From assembly GCF_009914755.1 (NCBI RefSeq), contig NC_060930.1: 64,000 bases of DNA. One strand, given 5' to 3'. A program made the translations under genes and the position numbers. The notes under the pieces were generated by a model that was given only the letters and a program-made list of their open reading frames with translations, had not been told where the DNA came from and searched no databases. This document shows, piece after piece, positions 1 to 14,045 of this stretch. The DNA is from the human T2T-CHM13v2.0 reference genome, Homo sapiens. The number at the start of each line of letters is the position of its first letter. Position 1 is the first letter of the stretch.

Positions 1-392
1 TCATTAATGGGCGTTTAGGTTGATTCCATGTCTTTCTACTGTGAATAGTGCTGCAATGAACATACACGTCCATGTGTCTTCATGATAGAAAGATTTCTAT
101 TCCTTTGAGTATATACCCAGCAACCGGATTGCTGCATCAAATGTTAGTTCTGTTTTTAGCTTTTTGAGCTGTCACCACACTGCTTTCCACAGTGGTTGAA
201 CTAATTTACACTCCCACCAACAGCATATAAGTGTTCCCATTTCTCCACAACCTTGCCAGCATCTGTAATTTTTTGACTTTTTATTAATAGCCATTGACAA
301 GTGTGGGATGGTATCTCATTATGGTTTTGATTTGCATTTCCCTAATGATCAGTGATATTTGAGCTTTTTTTCATATGCTTGTTGGCCACATG
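1..392 (-). mobile_element. L1 fragment (ORF2 3' part, L1PA/PB-like)
   Basis: gtgaatagtgctgcaatgaacatacac...ttgaactaatttacactcccaccaacag is typical antisense L1. Confidence 0.85.
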
Positions 393-929
393 TAAAAAAA
401 TAAAGTTTATAAAAGTGAGAGTCCATCAGCCTTGCTGTACTTTGTAATGACTACAATAGCCCCTCTGCTGTTGTTTGAAATCTCTGCACAGCCAGAATTA
501 TTCAGTTCTGCTTGTATATACTTCATGTAACTCCTTGTTTGTCAATTAACGTGATATTTTGACAACTCCTTCCAAAAGAACATTCTTGCTAAAGAAAAAA
601 TGTAGCCCATGACCTCTGCTTTCCATGCACTGAATAAACATGGACAGATTTTTCATGAAGCAGGCCTGCCACCGAGGGCCACAGAGACGTAACCACGCCA
701 GCATTTCCCTTTTGGTAGCTAAGATGCCTGGGACCTAAGAATTGGCTTTCTCGTAATAGATCCCAACTGACTTAGGTAAGAGGTTGTAGCACATAGAATA
801 CCATGTCCACAAATCAGAGGGCAACTGATTCTCAAGGGTGTTTAGTGTGTAGGTCAGTAAATTTGAGGAAATTGCCATTCAGTTAAAGAATTGGAAGAGA
901 TCATAACGATCATTGGCCTCTATTTTATT

Positions 930-1030
930 ATTTTCTGAATGGAGTAACTGGGGCCCAGGAGGCTCAGGTGACTTGCCAGGGCCACCCCTCGAGTCAGTGG
1001 CAGAGCCAGGATGTGCCTGGGACCAATGAC
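930..1030. mobile_element. MIR fragment
   Basis: aactggggcccagg...gtgacttgccagggccac...gtggcagagccagga MIR core. Confidence 0.55.
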
Positions 1031-1626
1031 TCACATCACACTTTCCTGGGTTCTAAACTCAGTGGAGGAAACTCTTTGTTTTAAAAGTTAAATTTTTCTC
1101 TTTCAAGCTGCTGAACTTCCTGCATCTGTAGGGAAAATAACGTGCATGTGTGTGTGTGTAGCCAAGAAAAAGTAGGATAAACAACACTCCATTTAAGAAT
1201 TTTGATGATGATGTCAAGGACAAGAAGAAGAGTAGAGAAAGACTTTTTTTAAATTAATTTTTCTGACATTCTGGAGAGAAGTAAAGGTTTTAATATGCAA
1301 ACATTATGCTTCCTCAAGTTCATATCTGAAATGTACATTAGCTCTGTGCTCTCTTCTCCTTGTCCTGCTCCTTAGCCTCTACCTTTCAAATCCCATATTC
1401 CCATCCTTCCCTCAAAAAAGGCTCCAGACATGCCTGACAGTAGTGCTCATCAGGTGGGCCACCTGTTTGCACTCCCATCTCACTAGATATTCTCCACCTC
1501 TCTGCATGAACACATCTCTTCTACACTTGCTGAATTCCAGCTCAAGCATCACCTCCTCAGTGCAGCCTTCCCTGATGCTGGGAGAGAATTAATCAATCCC
1601 TCCCTTGTGCCACCATTGTACCCATC

Positions 1627-1925
<299 letters not shown>

Positions 1926-2054
1926 CATCATACCCATCTTGATCTCCACTCTAGCACTCATGGCCTTGTATTATGGTTATTTGTTTACTTGTACATTCTC
2001 CAGTATCTGACAAAAAGAAGAATCCAAGCATGTTTGATAGATAATTGGATACTG

Positions 2055-2442
2055 ATGTGTCAAGGTTGGAGGTGGGGCCTGGTGGGAGGGGCTTGGGCCA
2101 CGGGAGGGGATCCCTCGTGAATGCTGTGGTGCCCTCAGCATGGCAATGAGTGAGTTCTCACTCTGTTGGCGCTCTTATAACAGTTTACACGACAGCAGAT
2201 TGTTTAAAGGAGTCTGAGATCTTCCCCTCTTTCTCTTGCTCCTTCCCTTGCCATGTGAAATGCCACCTCCCTGTTTTGCCTTCTGCCTTGATTGTAAGTT
2301 TCCTGGGGCCTCCCCAGAAGCAAAGCAGATGCTGGCACCATGCTGTACAGCCTGCGGAACCATGAGCCAAATAAACCTCTCTTTTCTGTATAAATTACCC
2401 AGACTCAGGTATTCCTTTATAGCAATGGATGAACAAAATACA
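2055..2442 (+). mobile_element. MaLR LTR (MST-type)
   Basis: ggaggtggggcctggtgggagg...gtgagttctc...aattacccagactcaggtattcctttatagcaa. Confidence 0.85.
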
Positions 2443-2939
2443 CAGAGGTTTCCCAATTTAGCCTGAGGAAAAAAGCAGTGAAGAAAAATGATCTCAGTTG
2501 AACAAGCCGTCCTTGCAATGGCGTGGCTAATTCTGAGGGCAGTTTGACTTTTACAAGCATCATGCAGTGATTCCCTAGGGAATGTGGGCATTCAGGGAGC
2601 CTAAAGTTAAGCCGTGGGTGGGCACTATTGGCTCCCAGGCATTTCTAAGCGGAAGCAGCATCCTGAGGAAGTCAGTCTGTTTGAGGATTTTCTCATGCTT
2701 TGTCCTTTCCAAGCCTTAAACGTCATTGTGTATTCGTGCAGCAGAAACACACCAGATAGAAAAAGCTGGGAGCAAAACGACCTAACAAGGGGCAGAAACA
2801 TCAAGGGGCATGACAATGCCACAAGACCTGAGACAGAATTTCCAGAGTGACTTTACATTCTGAAGATCCACCCAGGCTCAGGGGACTCCTCAGCTCTACT
2901 TATGGGTATGCAAAATAATGTTTCCTATATATATTCAAT

Positions 2940-3140
2940 AAGAGGCTAAGTGTTAAAACATAGACTCTGGATGCAGACCAACCCGGGCTCATATCTCAAC
3001 TCTACCACCTGCTGAATATGTGATGTTTGATGTGCAGCCTCTCTAAGCCTCCAGTCTTTTCTCTTTGAAATGAGAGATTACTGAGAATGTTGAGAAAATG
3101 CAGCTAAGGCATTAAGCACAGTGACTGGCATACAGGAAAG
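2940..3140. mobile_element. MIR
   Basis: tagactctgg...ctctaccacctgct...ctctctaagcctc...attaagcacagtgactggcatacag. Confidence 0.55.
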
Positions 3141-3419
3141 TGACCAAAATGTTAAAAGCTAGAGAGAATAATCTGGTGACAGTCATGAAATAAATTTTCT
3201 ATTTCTGAACAAGCTAGTGGCTTGAAACACGTCTCTAGATAAATGAACTATATAACCAAGACTACTGAAATGTCAAGAAAATAATCCTTTTCTTATAAGT
3301 CATGATTAATGATTAATTTGCCTCTGTTAATTTTTTGGTTATCTCAGTGACTGGTAAACGGATTTTCCTGATATTCCAAGAATTTTGATTATCTGTTGCT
3401 GCATTAAAATACTGCCCCT

Positions 3420-3860
3420 AAACCTCAAAAGCATATTAGTAAGTGAAAGAAGCCAATCTGCAAAAGTTTCATACTGTGTGATCCCCGTTATACAATATTG
3501 TGGAAAAAGGCAAAACTATGGAGACAGCAAAAAGATCAGTGGTTGCCAAGGGTTAGAGGGAGGGAGGGATGAACAGGCAGAGCACAGAGGATTTTTAGGG
3601 CAGTGAAAGTGCTCTGTATGATACTGTAATCGTGGATACTGGACATTATACATTTATCAAAACCCATAGAATTTTAACACAAAGAGTGAATCCTAATGTA
3701 AACGGGGGCTTTAGTGAATAATAATGCACTGATACAACCTCCTTAACTGTAATGGCTGTACTACCCTTAGTGCGAGATGTAATAATTGGAGAATGTGTTT
3801 GCAGGGAGCAGGAGGCCTGAGAACCCTCTGTACTTTCCAGATGAAAGCCCAGATTCTAAG
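3420..3860 (+). mobile_element. L1M (MB/MC-like) 3' end
   Basis: aagtgaaagaagccaatctg...ggcaaaactatggagacag...gatcagtggttgccaaggg. Confidence 0.8.
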
Positions 3861-6329
3861 GGAGAGCAAGTAGATTCCATTCCCAATATAAGGGGTGGCC
3901 AAGAGTGTGCGGCCATCTTCAACTGGCTCAGCAAGTTGGTTATGTCTTCAGGGAGTAAGGTGGTTCTGCTGGAAAAGAAGGTAAAAAGACAGAGTTGCTC
4001 TTCTTAAGTCAAAATAGGGCAGGTTTCCCAGGATGCTTTGTAAAAGCTCCAAAGTCACATTAAAGGACTCCTGCCATAACCCAGCATGACATAATGTACA
4101 GACGAAGGTTGATCAGTGTGTTTAAAAAATTCTGTTGCTAGAAAATTGTAGGAAAGTTGCATCGTTTCCAAATAGTTAGCAAGAAGGGTGATTTAAGTTA
4201 ATGAAAATTCTGAATTATAGCCTCGTAAAAAAGCGATATGATTACTTTCAAGCAAGAGTAGTCATTAGACACAGGCTAATGGTATTTTTAATTAAGTCCT
4301 TAATACCGCAGCAAACATCTCTTCCATTAAAACTACTAGGAAGGAATCGGTGGGTCCCTCCCATGGCCTCCAGGACAGCTGAGCAGCTCCAGTTCTGGCC
4401 ACAACAGGGGCCCTGGAGTCTTGGAGAGGTACCAATGGCTCAGTGGCCCAAATGCACCATTCCACCTGGGGTCTCCTGGAAAACCTGCCGGTTCCCTCCC
4501 CACTGTGCTCCTAGCCTCATAGAGTCTCTTCTAGTCTGTGGGGGAATCTGTACATCATACACTCCAGCTCTTGGCCAGTGCATTTGCCTGTATCCTAACT
4601 CTTTTCTTCTCTAATGACTTACAGTTTTTGTACTGAAAAGCCAAAAGTGTTCCTAGACCATTTTTCTTTGTGATTTGACATCACCTCCTTCGAGACAATG
4701 AGGATACCCTGGCAGATATCTGCTAGAGTTGAGAGCAAGAGGAAAACACAGATGCAGAGGGAAGAAGCATGCATGGGTTAATATGTCAAAAATACCACAT
4801 TTCCATGCACAGCTGTGTCAGGCTTTCCCAGGGAGGAAACATGGCCAGCTGGGACACTGTATCATTGCCTCACTAGGAGTCCATATTTCCAAGCCATGGG
4901 AATATTCTATCAGAGAGACGTGAGAGAGTGAACAGACCACGAGGGATGCATATGCTGCTGTTCCTAGACCACATGCCAACCCAGCCGAATGGCAGAGACT
5001 TGGAGCAGAGATGTAGAGAATGTTGGAATATCCCATAACATTCAACGCCATGAAAGGAAGAGACGCCAGGATGGACTGGGATGGAAAAATCCACTGGCCA
5101 CAGAAGTAATGGAACCACAGGGCTGGGGGAGAACTTGAGTGCACCTATCAAAATGGGGCTCATTTCAGAGCTGACAAAAGGCTGAGAGAATCTTGAAAGG
5201 AAGAGAAGGGGGAGGAGGAAGAGGAGAGGACGGTAAGGAAGATAGGCAAACTCTGTGCATAGTAGTTGGAGGAATTCTAGCAAATTTTGACACAAGACAG
5301 TTTGAAATAATACGCTGTCCAAAAAATGCCTTCTTTTCCAGGGTGATAGGGGCCAGCAGTACGCAGAGAACCACGAAAGCAGGGCTGGGACTTCAGTGGC
5401 TGGGGCTAATGGAAAACAGCTAAAAGGTGAAGGACAGCAGCGAGGGCGGCTCCCAGGAAGCGTGTGCCCTGCCGACTGAATGGCTCACATTCAATGGTAA
5501 GGTTGGCACTGCAGCGGCTCCCTGCTTTACAACAAGGGACTCAGTACAGAAGAAAGTCACTGGGAATGCGGAGAGAAGAGAAAGACCATACATCCATCCC
5601 ACCCTAGACCCTGTTTTTGGAAAGAAAACCTTTCCTTATCCTTTTTCTGGATGGTAGTAGCCAATCTTATCCAAAATAAACGAATGAAGAATCAAGCAGG
5701 ATGAGCTGCCTTCTCGGTGCCTGAGCAGGCAGGCAGCAACAATAACTTCATTTAATAAGCTCAAGGTTTGTAGTTAGTATGTGAACTACCTAGAGATGGT
5801 TTTCAATTGTTTAGAGTATTTTATTACTGTAAGTAGGTAGATATTCTACCACATTTACACTATTAACAGAGCCCCTTTCTTTGGAGAGAATAAAAGTAAA
5901 TGTTAGTTAATGCTTCCAACCCAAATCTCAAATTTGGTAATCTGCACACTTTTCCTTCTCTTTGTACTATTTCCATTAGCATGATACGCACCTATGACCC
6001 ATATCACAGCGCAATCATCACGCATGTCACTAAGATATACTGCATGCTTTGAGAATATGCGGGAACTGATGCCAAATGGTATTTGTAACTAGCTAGTAAG
6101 GGGTTTGCCTCTGGAGCCCAGTTACTCAACTTCTGAAAATCACTTCCATGTGAGGCAGGTTTGGGGGCCGAGTTTGACAGGAGGGGAGAGAGTCAGCCAG
6201 TAATCTGATCTCAAAAGAAATTGTCACAATTATCACCTATGCCGGTGGTCCTGGCCCGGGTTCACACTGACCAGGAACAGAGAAAGAATCCACTGCTCTC
6301 CTTCGTGTTCTCAGAGGCATGGATGGGGT

Positions 6330-7090
6330 TTCACAGATGTAATTAAGGTCCCAAATCAGTTGACAAGATAGGGAGGGTGCCTGGTGGGCCTCACCAGCCC
6401 CACGAGCTTTTCACACCTGGGTGTAGAGGCCCGAGGTGGAGGGGGTCTGAAGTGGAAGGAACATGAGATTTCCGTGCGCCACTGCAGACTTAAAGATGGG
6501 GGGGCCACATGCAAGGAAGGGGCCTCCAATTGCAGAGGGCACCCCCATCTGACAACTAGCAGAGAAATGGGGCCTTCAACCCTACAGCTACAGGAACCAA
6601 ATTCTGCCAGGCACGAGAAAGAGCCTGGAAACAGATTTTCCCCCAGAACCTCCAGACGAGAACTCAGTCCAGCTGACACCGTGACCTCAGCCTTTATCCT
6701 GGGCAGAGAACTTAGCCATACCGTGTGGATTTCTGATCTACAGAAACTGTGAGATAAGAGATGCTTCACGGTCATAAAGATGAAAATAATAGGCACTCAG
6801 GACTCCAAAAGTGGACAGTATGGGAGGACAGCAAGGGCTGAAAAGTTACCTGTGGGTACAATGTTCACTGTTTGAGTATTGGGTACACTAGGAGCCTAGT
6901 GCCCACCAGTAGGCAGTATACCCATGTAACAAACAAGCATATGTGTCCCCCCAAATCTAAAATAAAATAAAATAAAATAAAATGGAAACAGATCCACAGA
7001 AACAGTTGAGAAAGAAGAGAGAAGTGTGTATTGCTTTAAGCCCCTAAATCTGTGGTCATTGATTACTCTGCAATAGAAAACAAACACAGC
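6330..7090 (+). mobile_element. MLT1 LTR interrupted by a short L1 3' end (~6775-6985)
   Basis: gatgtaattaaggtcccaaatcagttgac...cagaaactgtgagataa, then an L1 tail with (TAAAA)n, then the LTR end tttaagcccctaaatctgtgg...gcaatagaaaacaaacaca. Confidence 0.75.
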
Positions 7091-7409
7091 CACCTTTGTG
7101 TCTTCCTGTATTTGTCTTTCTCCTTCCACCTCACTCTCATTCTCTATCACTGATGTACAAAAAGCAAAAAGTAAGCCAGACACACAAGAATAATTTTGTC
7201 TGTCGAGGTCTAAAAGGAGAGCCCTTCACATGTTTTAAGACAGAAGTCATATTTATATAACAAGTTTTTGGCACTTAAGATTTTGTGTCTTAAGAAAAAT
7301 ATAACAAAACAGCTCGCTGACTGTGTAAAGTGTAAACAGGTGATTCCCAGTGATGTGGCTGGCTCTCCTCTGACACCCACAGCCTCAGCTTCCTGGAGTC
7401 AGGAAAGGT

Positions 7410-8230
7410 GTAGCTGGGACTGGGGTGCAATGAGTGAGGCACTTGCCGTCAGTGCAAAGTTTAAGGGAGCACCAAAAACTCAGTCATTAAGATAAGTAAC
7501 ATTTTTTAATTGCAGTAAAACATACACAACATAAAGTTAGCCGTCTGAACTATTTTTAAGTGTACGGTTCAATGGCACTAAGTATTCACATTGTTGTACA
7601 AATATCACCTCCATCTACCTCCAGAACTCTTTTCACCTTCCAGAACTGAAACTCTGTACCCAGTAAACAATAACTCCCAAGATTAAAGTTACTTTTTCTT
7701 AGGCTATATTTTTGAGAGCAGTTTTAGGTTCGCAATAATATTGGGCAGAAGGTATAGAGAGTTCCCACATATCACCTTCCCCAACATATGCACAGCCTCC
7801 CCCATGTCAACATCCCCAACCTGTGGGGTTCATTTGTCACAGCTGATGAACCCATATTGACACATCATGATCGCACAGAGGCCACAGTTTATAGCAGGGT
7901 TCCCTCTTGGTGTTGTCCGTTCGGTGGGTTTGGACAAATGCATAATGCCATGTACCCACCCATCGTACTATCACACAGATGTAGTCTCCACACCCTAAGA
8001 ACCTTATTTGTCCCTTTCCGACTTATTTTTTACTCTTTGCTGATCTTTTTACTGCCTCTCTATTCTTGCCTTTTCCAGAATGTCATATAGCTGGAATCGT
8101 ACGGTGTGTAGACTTTCCAGATTGGTTTCTTTCACTTACTCATATGCATTTACATTTCCTAATGCAATATTTTTTAAAGATCAAAATTAATGCCAAAAAA
8201 AAAAATTCAGGATGAACAAAATACCATTAG
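7410..8230. mobile_element. hAT-type DNA transposon relic (MER96-like) split by antisense L1M fragments (~7503-8160)
   Basis: gagtgaggcacttgcc...caaagtttaagggagcaccaaaaactcag... resumes at aatgcaatattttttaaagatcaaaattaatgc after the L1M pieces. Confidence 0.6.
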
Positions 8231-9014
8231 TGTCTGCCCTGTCTTCACACTTTAGCTCACACTGCTATCTGATAAAGTAACAGGGTCCGTCCCCTAAGAA
8301 AACTGGGGCATTTCCCTTTGACCATTTGCTGCCAACATTTTGTGCTTATTTCAGGAGATCTTCTAAGTGAATTACTAAGTCGGCCGTGACCGTCTAGAAA
8401 CAGAGTCTGGCGGCTGCGCAGACCCTGCCAGAGCGTTGGGTGCTTTCTTTCTCGTTCCCACCCCTCCCCTGCTGGACGTTTCTGGGAAGTTTCTAGGTGG
8501 TGGGTGGTGTAGATTACAGCTGAGAAATTAGCTCAGATCATGCAAATAAATAAGAGGAATGGAGAATCAGCATGGAGCTCTGTCCTCGGCTTCCAGCACA
8601 AGCTCCCATCACAGTTTCCAGAGCTTTTACTGGCGTAACTTCAAAATAAGTTCTTTCTGAATTTCAGCAGAAAATTGCTTTCAAGGATGAGAAAATTACT
8701 TAGTGATTGCGGAAAAGGAAAAGTACTGAGCCTTCACCAGCTGAGTCTTCTTCCTTTCCCACTCCGCACCCAAAGGGTGCCATCTGAGGTTAGGATCGAG
8801 GGGCTGCCGGTGCTGGCAGGTGCTCGTTCTCTCCTGTAATGAGGAGGGGCTCAGACAGGGACGACATCTTCAGGGGGAGACAGCCGTGGGGCCATGGCTC
8901 CCCTGAGAGGTGTGTGGGTCATCAGGCCGCACATTTCAAATGAGTGTGAGAGCTCATTGCAGTGAATGGAAAGAAAGGATGAAATTCCTTTTGAGCCTGG
9001 TACAGGGAGAGACG

Positions 9015-9398
9015 TCAGAAAGCTTCATTGCTAATCTCCCTCTGACGGAAGATGGTTTCTGGGCTTCTCAGATGGCAGGGAGTGGCCTGGTCACTGTTGA
9101 TCTTGAAGGGTGTGGGACCCGTGAAAGTGAAGGAGGAAATGCTCCAGGCCTGACAGCAACCGCAGTGGGGAGATGGGGCAGGAACTGAGGGGTTGGTGCC
9201 GACAAGGCCGGACCCGGGAGGGGAGAGGAGCCTGTAGCAATCTGAGGCATGCTGTAGCCCCCTTAGAGCGGGCCTGGCTCCTGGCTGGCAGAGTGGCTCC
9301 ATGCCATCAAATGCCCTTTCTCCCTCGGGAGACAGGGAAGCAAAGCACTTCCCCTGCTTCCAGGGAATGTTCCTGAAGAGGTCAAGTGGATAGATCAT
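9015..9398 (-). CDS. LINC01600: 127-aa ORF of C6orf195/LINC01600 (uncharacterised, probably non-coding or de novo)
   Basis: ORF MIYPLDLFRNIPWKQGKCFASLSPEGERAFDG... matches my memory of the 127-aa C6orf195 product, and the position downstream of MYLK4 agrees. No recognisable domain. Confidence 0.6.
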   Translation of the reverse strand: MIYPLDLFRNIPWKQGKCFASLSPEGERAFDGMEPLCQPGARPALRGLQHASDCYRLLSPPGSGLVGTNPSVPAPSPHCGCCQAWSISSFTFTGPTPFKINSDQATPCHLRSPETIFRQREISNEAF

Positions 9399-12300
9399 CA
9401 GGGACCACAGGAAAGACCAATACCTGCTACTTTCTTATGTTGATTCTTCTATGTCCATTATGAATGTGCCAGTTTCAAAAGAAATGCCTATCATTTCCAT
9501 TGTTGATTTTCTGGAAATAGCGCTCAGCTTTTAGGGCAGAAGCTACTTTACTTTTATAGTATCTTATCAAAGGCATGGCTGAAAACCTTGCATCTGTCAG
9601 CTTTTATAAGTCTTCATGGGCTGTTGGGGGGATAGATTCCACATCCCTCCCGGGAGTTGTAAGCCACTGTAGGCCGTTCCTCAGAGGCAACTTCCCTGCA
9701 GAAAAGGGAGACAGAGGCAGAGCGTGGGTCAGAGCCACACGCCCGTGCTCGGGCGCTTTACATTGATTTCATGTCTGCCCTAGACAGCAGATTCGTCTCT
9801 GGATTTTACTGACGAGCAGACGAGTGCTCAGAGAATTTAAAGTCAGACAGTGAACGACTAGCGTTGCTGGGAGCCCAGCCTTAGGAGGGCTCAGGCCTCT
9901 GTGCTGGCTACTCCTGGAGAGTTGAATTTCCCAGAACAAGGGCAGCGTGGGGGCGGGAGGGAGAGCGGAAGGGATCCAAGGGACATGGGTGCTTTGTGAA
10001 TGAAGTCAAGTCACACAGTGCATTCGTCCAATATTCTAAGACTTCCTTTTGAGAAATGGAATATTTTGTTATGCGTAGTGCTGGCCTGTGTGCGATAAAA
10101 TTAAAAGGGAAATCTGGGCTTTTGGTTATTTTTCCAGAAATGGCCATTCTGGGATTCTCAGGACCTAAATCAAACTGGGCCTTCCCTCAGAGAAAGCAAA
10201 GGCCTCAGAGATGCTGGTGGCTGATGCAGCTCCCCAGTGCCACCCCACGGCTCCCCATGACCCAATCCAATCCCACCAATGCCCACAGTCCGGAGGCAAG
10301 AAGCAGGACACTTTATCCCCTTTGATGCAAGTGAAAAATGAGGTTCAGAGGGGTTAGCAGATTTCCCCCAGTAGCGGGATTTCATCCCAAGTTTCCTGAC
10401 CACAGGTTTCTACTCTAGCATGGTGCACTGAGAACGGGCCACGTGTTCATCTTGAGGGCCTGAGAGAGGGCTTGTTGTTGAATGGGGAATCTGGGATCCT
10501 CTGAGTCTCTGTCCCAGGACTGAAGGATCCAAATTTTCTTTCCTGTTCCTGAGAGAAGAGCCCAGTGCAGCTCCCCAAGCCTGCCAGATGGGCCTAGACA
10601 TAGGGCTGGGAGATCCAAAGAGCCCTGTGACATTGAATACCTCCAACAAGGTGAACACGATGCATTCATGTTTCTGCAGAAGTGAAAACTCACCCTTGGA
10701 GCTGCCCAGGAAGCAAATGCAGTGGCTTTTTCCCCCTGGAAAATCGACCCATGTTGAAGTTTGCCATACAATGAGTATAGCAGCATGCTGCCATTCATTT
10801 AATTAAAAATAGCAAAAATGCACCGGGCTCTCAATCATCTATGTTCCCAACAAGAAACTGCGCTGAGACAATCTTCAAAATGGCACATCCCTCACCGCCG
10901 AGATTATCTCTATTCCTGAACATGAATGGCAAAGAAAAGAAGCCAAGGCCAGAAGGAAAAGGGAAACCCTTCAGACCACACAGGTGTGTTTCTGTTTCGT
11001 CCTCTTTCACAGGGAAGTTCGTACAAAAACAAACAGCACATAAAAATACAACCTCAAGACTTGTATGTTTGTTCCAGCTCTGTCCCGATTTGCATTCCTG
11101 TTTTGATTCGTCTTTGCAACATCCTGGGCCTATGATAGTGATTTTTCTTTTCTTCCTAGCAGATTTTCTACTCTTTTGAAGTTAGGAAATGTCCATGGTT
11201 TCTTTCAAGCATCTTTGGGTGAGATTTTTTTTCTTTTTTCTTTTTTTTTAAGAGTCAGAGCAGGAAAAGGCCATTCAGCTTATCTTGTCCACTTCCTGAA
11301 ATCCAAACAAACTCTCAGAAAACTGCCTCACACCCTATCCATTTAGCATATGTCTCAGTACTTGGACAGGAGATTTCAGAGCCATTTCGACTTTATAAAA
11401 ACTTTTGGAACTGGTTTGAATAGCCTCCAAAGACTTTGAGAAATAACTTAGAAAGTTTGAGACTAAAATTGGTGTGGTTAGTTCCCTCCTAAGGAAATGA
11501 TTCAGAAAAAAATCCTTTCTTTTCTCAGAGAATTCCATCCAAGTTGGCTGCCCAAAACTTCCCAGCAAACTGATGGCTGATATTTTCAAACTCTTGTCCA
11601 AATTCTATTTACCCGTTGAGTGGAAGATCTCGGCCTATTCTTAGAGCTTCCTTTACCCTAACTGAAAAATGGGTTGCGTGATTTGCATGTGATAAAAATG
11701 AAGGCTCTTAAAGGAATCTATAATACTTGTCCGCATCAAGTAAAATGTAGCTTAGACTCATTTACAGAATATTAGCGTTCTCACTACGCAAAACAAACAA
11801 AAAAGGTAAGAATTTCAGCGCAAACTTCCCCACCAAAATAGTCAAAGCTATCTATCTTAAAAAGCAGTTACCAGAAAGCAGGTGATCTGTACAAACCAAC
11901 TAATTTTCCAAACACAGTACCATCTCTTGGTGAATACTCAGTGCCTCTCCTAACAGATTTTTTTCCCATTCCAATGTGGAAAAGCAAAAATGTCCAGGAA
12001 AGCATATTGCTAACGACTAGGGAGCAGGAAACAGACAATGACGAATTTTCTCATTCGACAGACGGTCTTAGACCATACCTGCTGTGGTCTTGGGAACATG
12101 ACAAACTGTGGGTTTGTGTGAGTAAGTTCTCAAAGCCACTGCCATTCTGATAAAATTAACTCAAATGGCCATGTTGCTGAATCAACGCGGTTACTCTAGA
12201 GGCCTGTGAGGGTTGTGTCCAGTGCTTGCCACCAGGAATCTGTTCGTTGTTATCAGTCCAGACAGTAAATGTATTCATCCATCAACCCTGGCTATTCATG

Positions 12301-12714
12301 GGGAAACCCTAAGCCAACACTCATCAGAGGAGTCAGGCTGGGCCTGGGCCACAGAGTGAGCCCAGCCTTACAATGTGGGATTTTTTTTTTTTTTTAAATC
12401 ACACTATCAGACCACAAGATTTGCAGCCATATTTCATTGTCAGAGTTAAAAATAAGACCCAATCCCCAAAAATCATGACATCCAATTCCTTCTATCAAAA
12501 TATGATTGTTTGGTTTTTTTTTTGAATGAATGAATTCCAGTGGCATTTATCAAGCATCTTTGATGGAGGAGAGACTATTTATGAGTGAATCATTAAGATA
12601 ACTTTTGCAAACTCTTGAAGGAGCACATTTTTATTTTTAATCTTAGAAATTTTGGTTACATTTTTTTTCCTGAAATATATTACGAAGTTCCTAACTCTCT
12701 TATGAACTGATTTC

Positions 12715-12830
12715 TTTATTGTGGTAAAATACACAAAACATAAAATTTACTATTCTCACCATTTTGAAGTTTAGAGTTCAGAGTCATGAAGTATATTCGT
12801 CTTGTACTACCATCACCACCATCCATAAGA
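12715..12830 (-). mobile_element. L1MB 3' tail fragment
   Basis: ttattgtggtaaaatacacaaaacataaaatttac...catcaccaccatccat. Confidence 0.65.
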
Positions 12831-13801
12831 ACTGATTATTTTAAACATAAATTAACCTTGTCTGATGAGTTTTGTGCCATGATTACAAATATCCAGTCCT
12901 GTGCTGGGTCATTATAGCACTCACAGGGATGAATGAAGTGTTTATGACACCTTATCCAAAATATGGGGTAACCTCAGGATGCTAAGCTTTCTGAGGTCTG
13001 GAGATGTTTTTGTATTCCCCTTAGATTTGTTGTTGTTCTTTGTCTTCCTCCATCAGGTTGTAGGCAGTCATTTTTATCTACTTTCAATGCACTCGCCTGA
13101 GGCATCTACCCTTTCCTAATGACTGCAGGGGAAGCCAATAATCAAACTGGTTAGAATTATACTCAACCAGGAGTCCCAGTGTGGAGAAAGACTCCCTGTG
13201 AGTAAAGGTCAAAAATACCCTGGCAATGCACCCCATGATGTGCATCTGGGCACTTTGTAAAATATTTTTGCTTCTTTCAGGATCTCAACTTGGTCTCAGA
13301 GTGTAATGATTGACATATATCTGACCTGTGGATGAAGGAGGACTTATTCTTGTGTTATCTTGGTTGCCTTAAGCTTCCCTTAACATCAAAAGGCAAAATA
13401 CACTAATAACATCTGGCAGCCTAGTCCCAACTGTGAAAGCAAGAGAAAATTCAATTTAAAAGACAGAAAATTAAAGCAAACCTCCCCTTTAGGTAGCTAT
13501 CATTTCCTGCCGTAGAAATAAAAGACAGATCCTTTCTATATTTGCTCTCGATTTGTCATGAACATAATATTTTTCTCCTGAAACTACTACTACATATGTA
13601 CCCAGGTAGAGAAATAAACCCTGGCCAAAGCCTAAACATTTAGAGCAACCAGAAAGCAGGCAACACTAGAAGGGACTGAATCAGGTGGGTCAGCGACGCG
13701 TTCAAATATCTTCTCTCTTTTCGGTTTCAGTATTTGCTGGACGGACAAGTATTTTCTCTGAGTATCTGCCACCAGCACTTAATTTTGGTCTTTAATTAAG
13801 T

Positions 13802-14015
13802 CAGTGGTTCTCAACTGGGAGTGACTTTGTCTGCCCAGGGGACATCTGGCAATGTCTGGAGACATTTTGATTATCAGTGCTGGGGAGGAGGTGCTCTTGG
13901 CATCTCCTCTTGGTAGAGGCCAGGGATGCGGTTAAATATCCGCACAGGACTGCACCCATAACGAAGAAGTGTTTGGCCCTGATGTCCGAAGTGCTGAGGG
14001 TGAGAAACCTCACTG
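13802..14015. mobile_element. MER20 DNA transposon
   Basis: cagtggttctcaactggg...gggacatctggcaatgtctggagacattttg...gtgctgagggtgagaaacc. Confidence 0.9.
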
Positions 14016-14045
14016 AGCTGCCGAACTAAGCGAGCCAGGGAGTAG

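Noticed and set aside
4700-5650. Purine-rich stretch with 108-149 aa ORFs, possible processed pseudogene
   Set aside because: No recognisable parent protein, poly-A tail or TSD.
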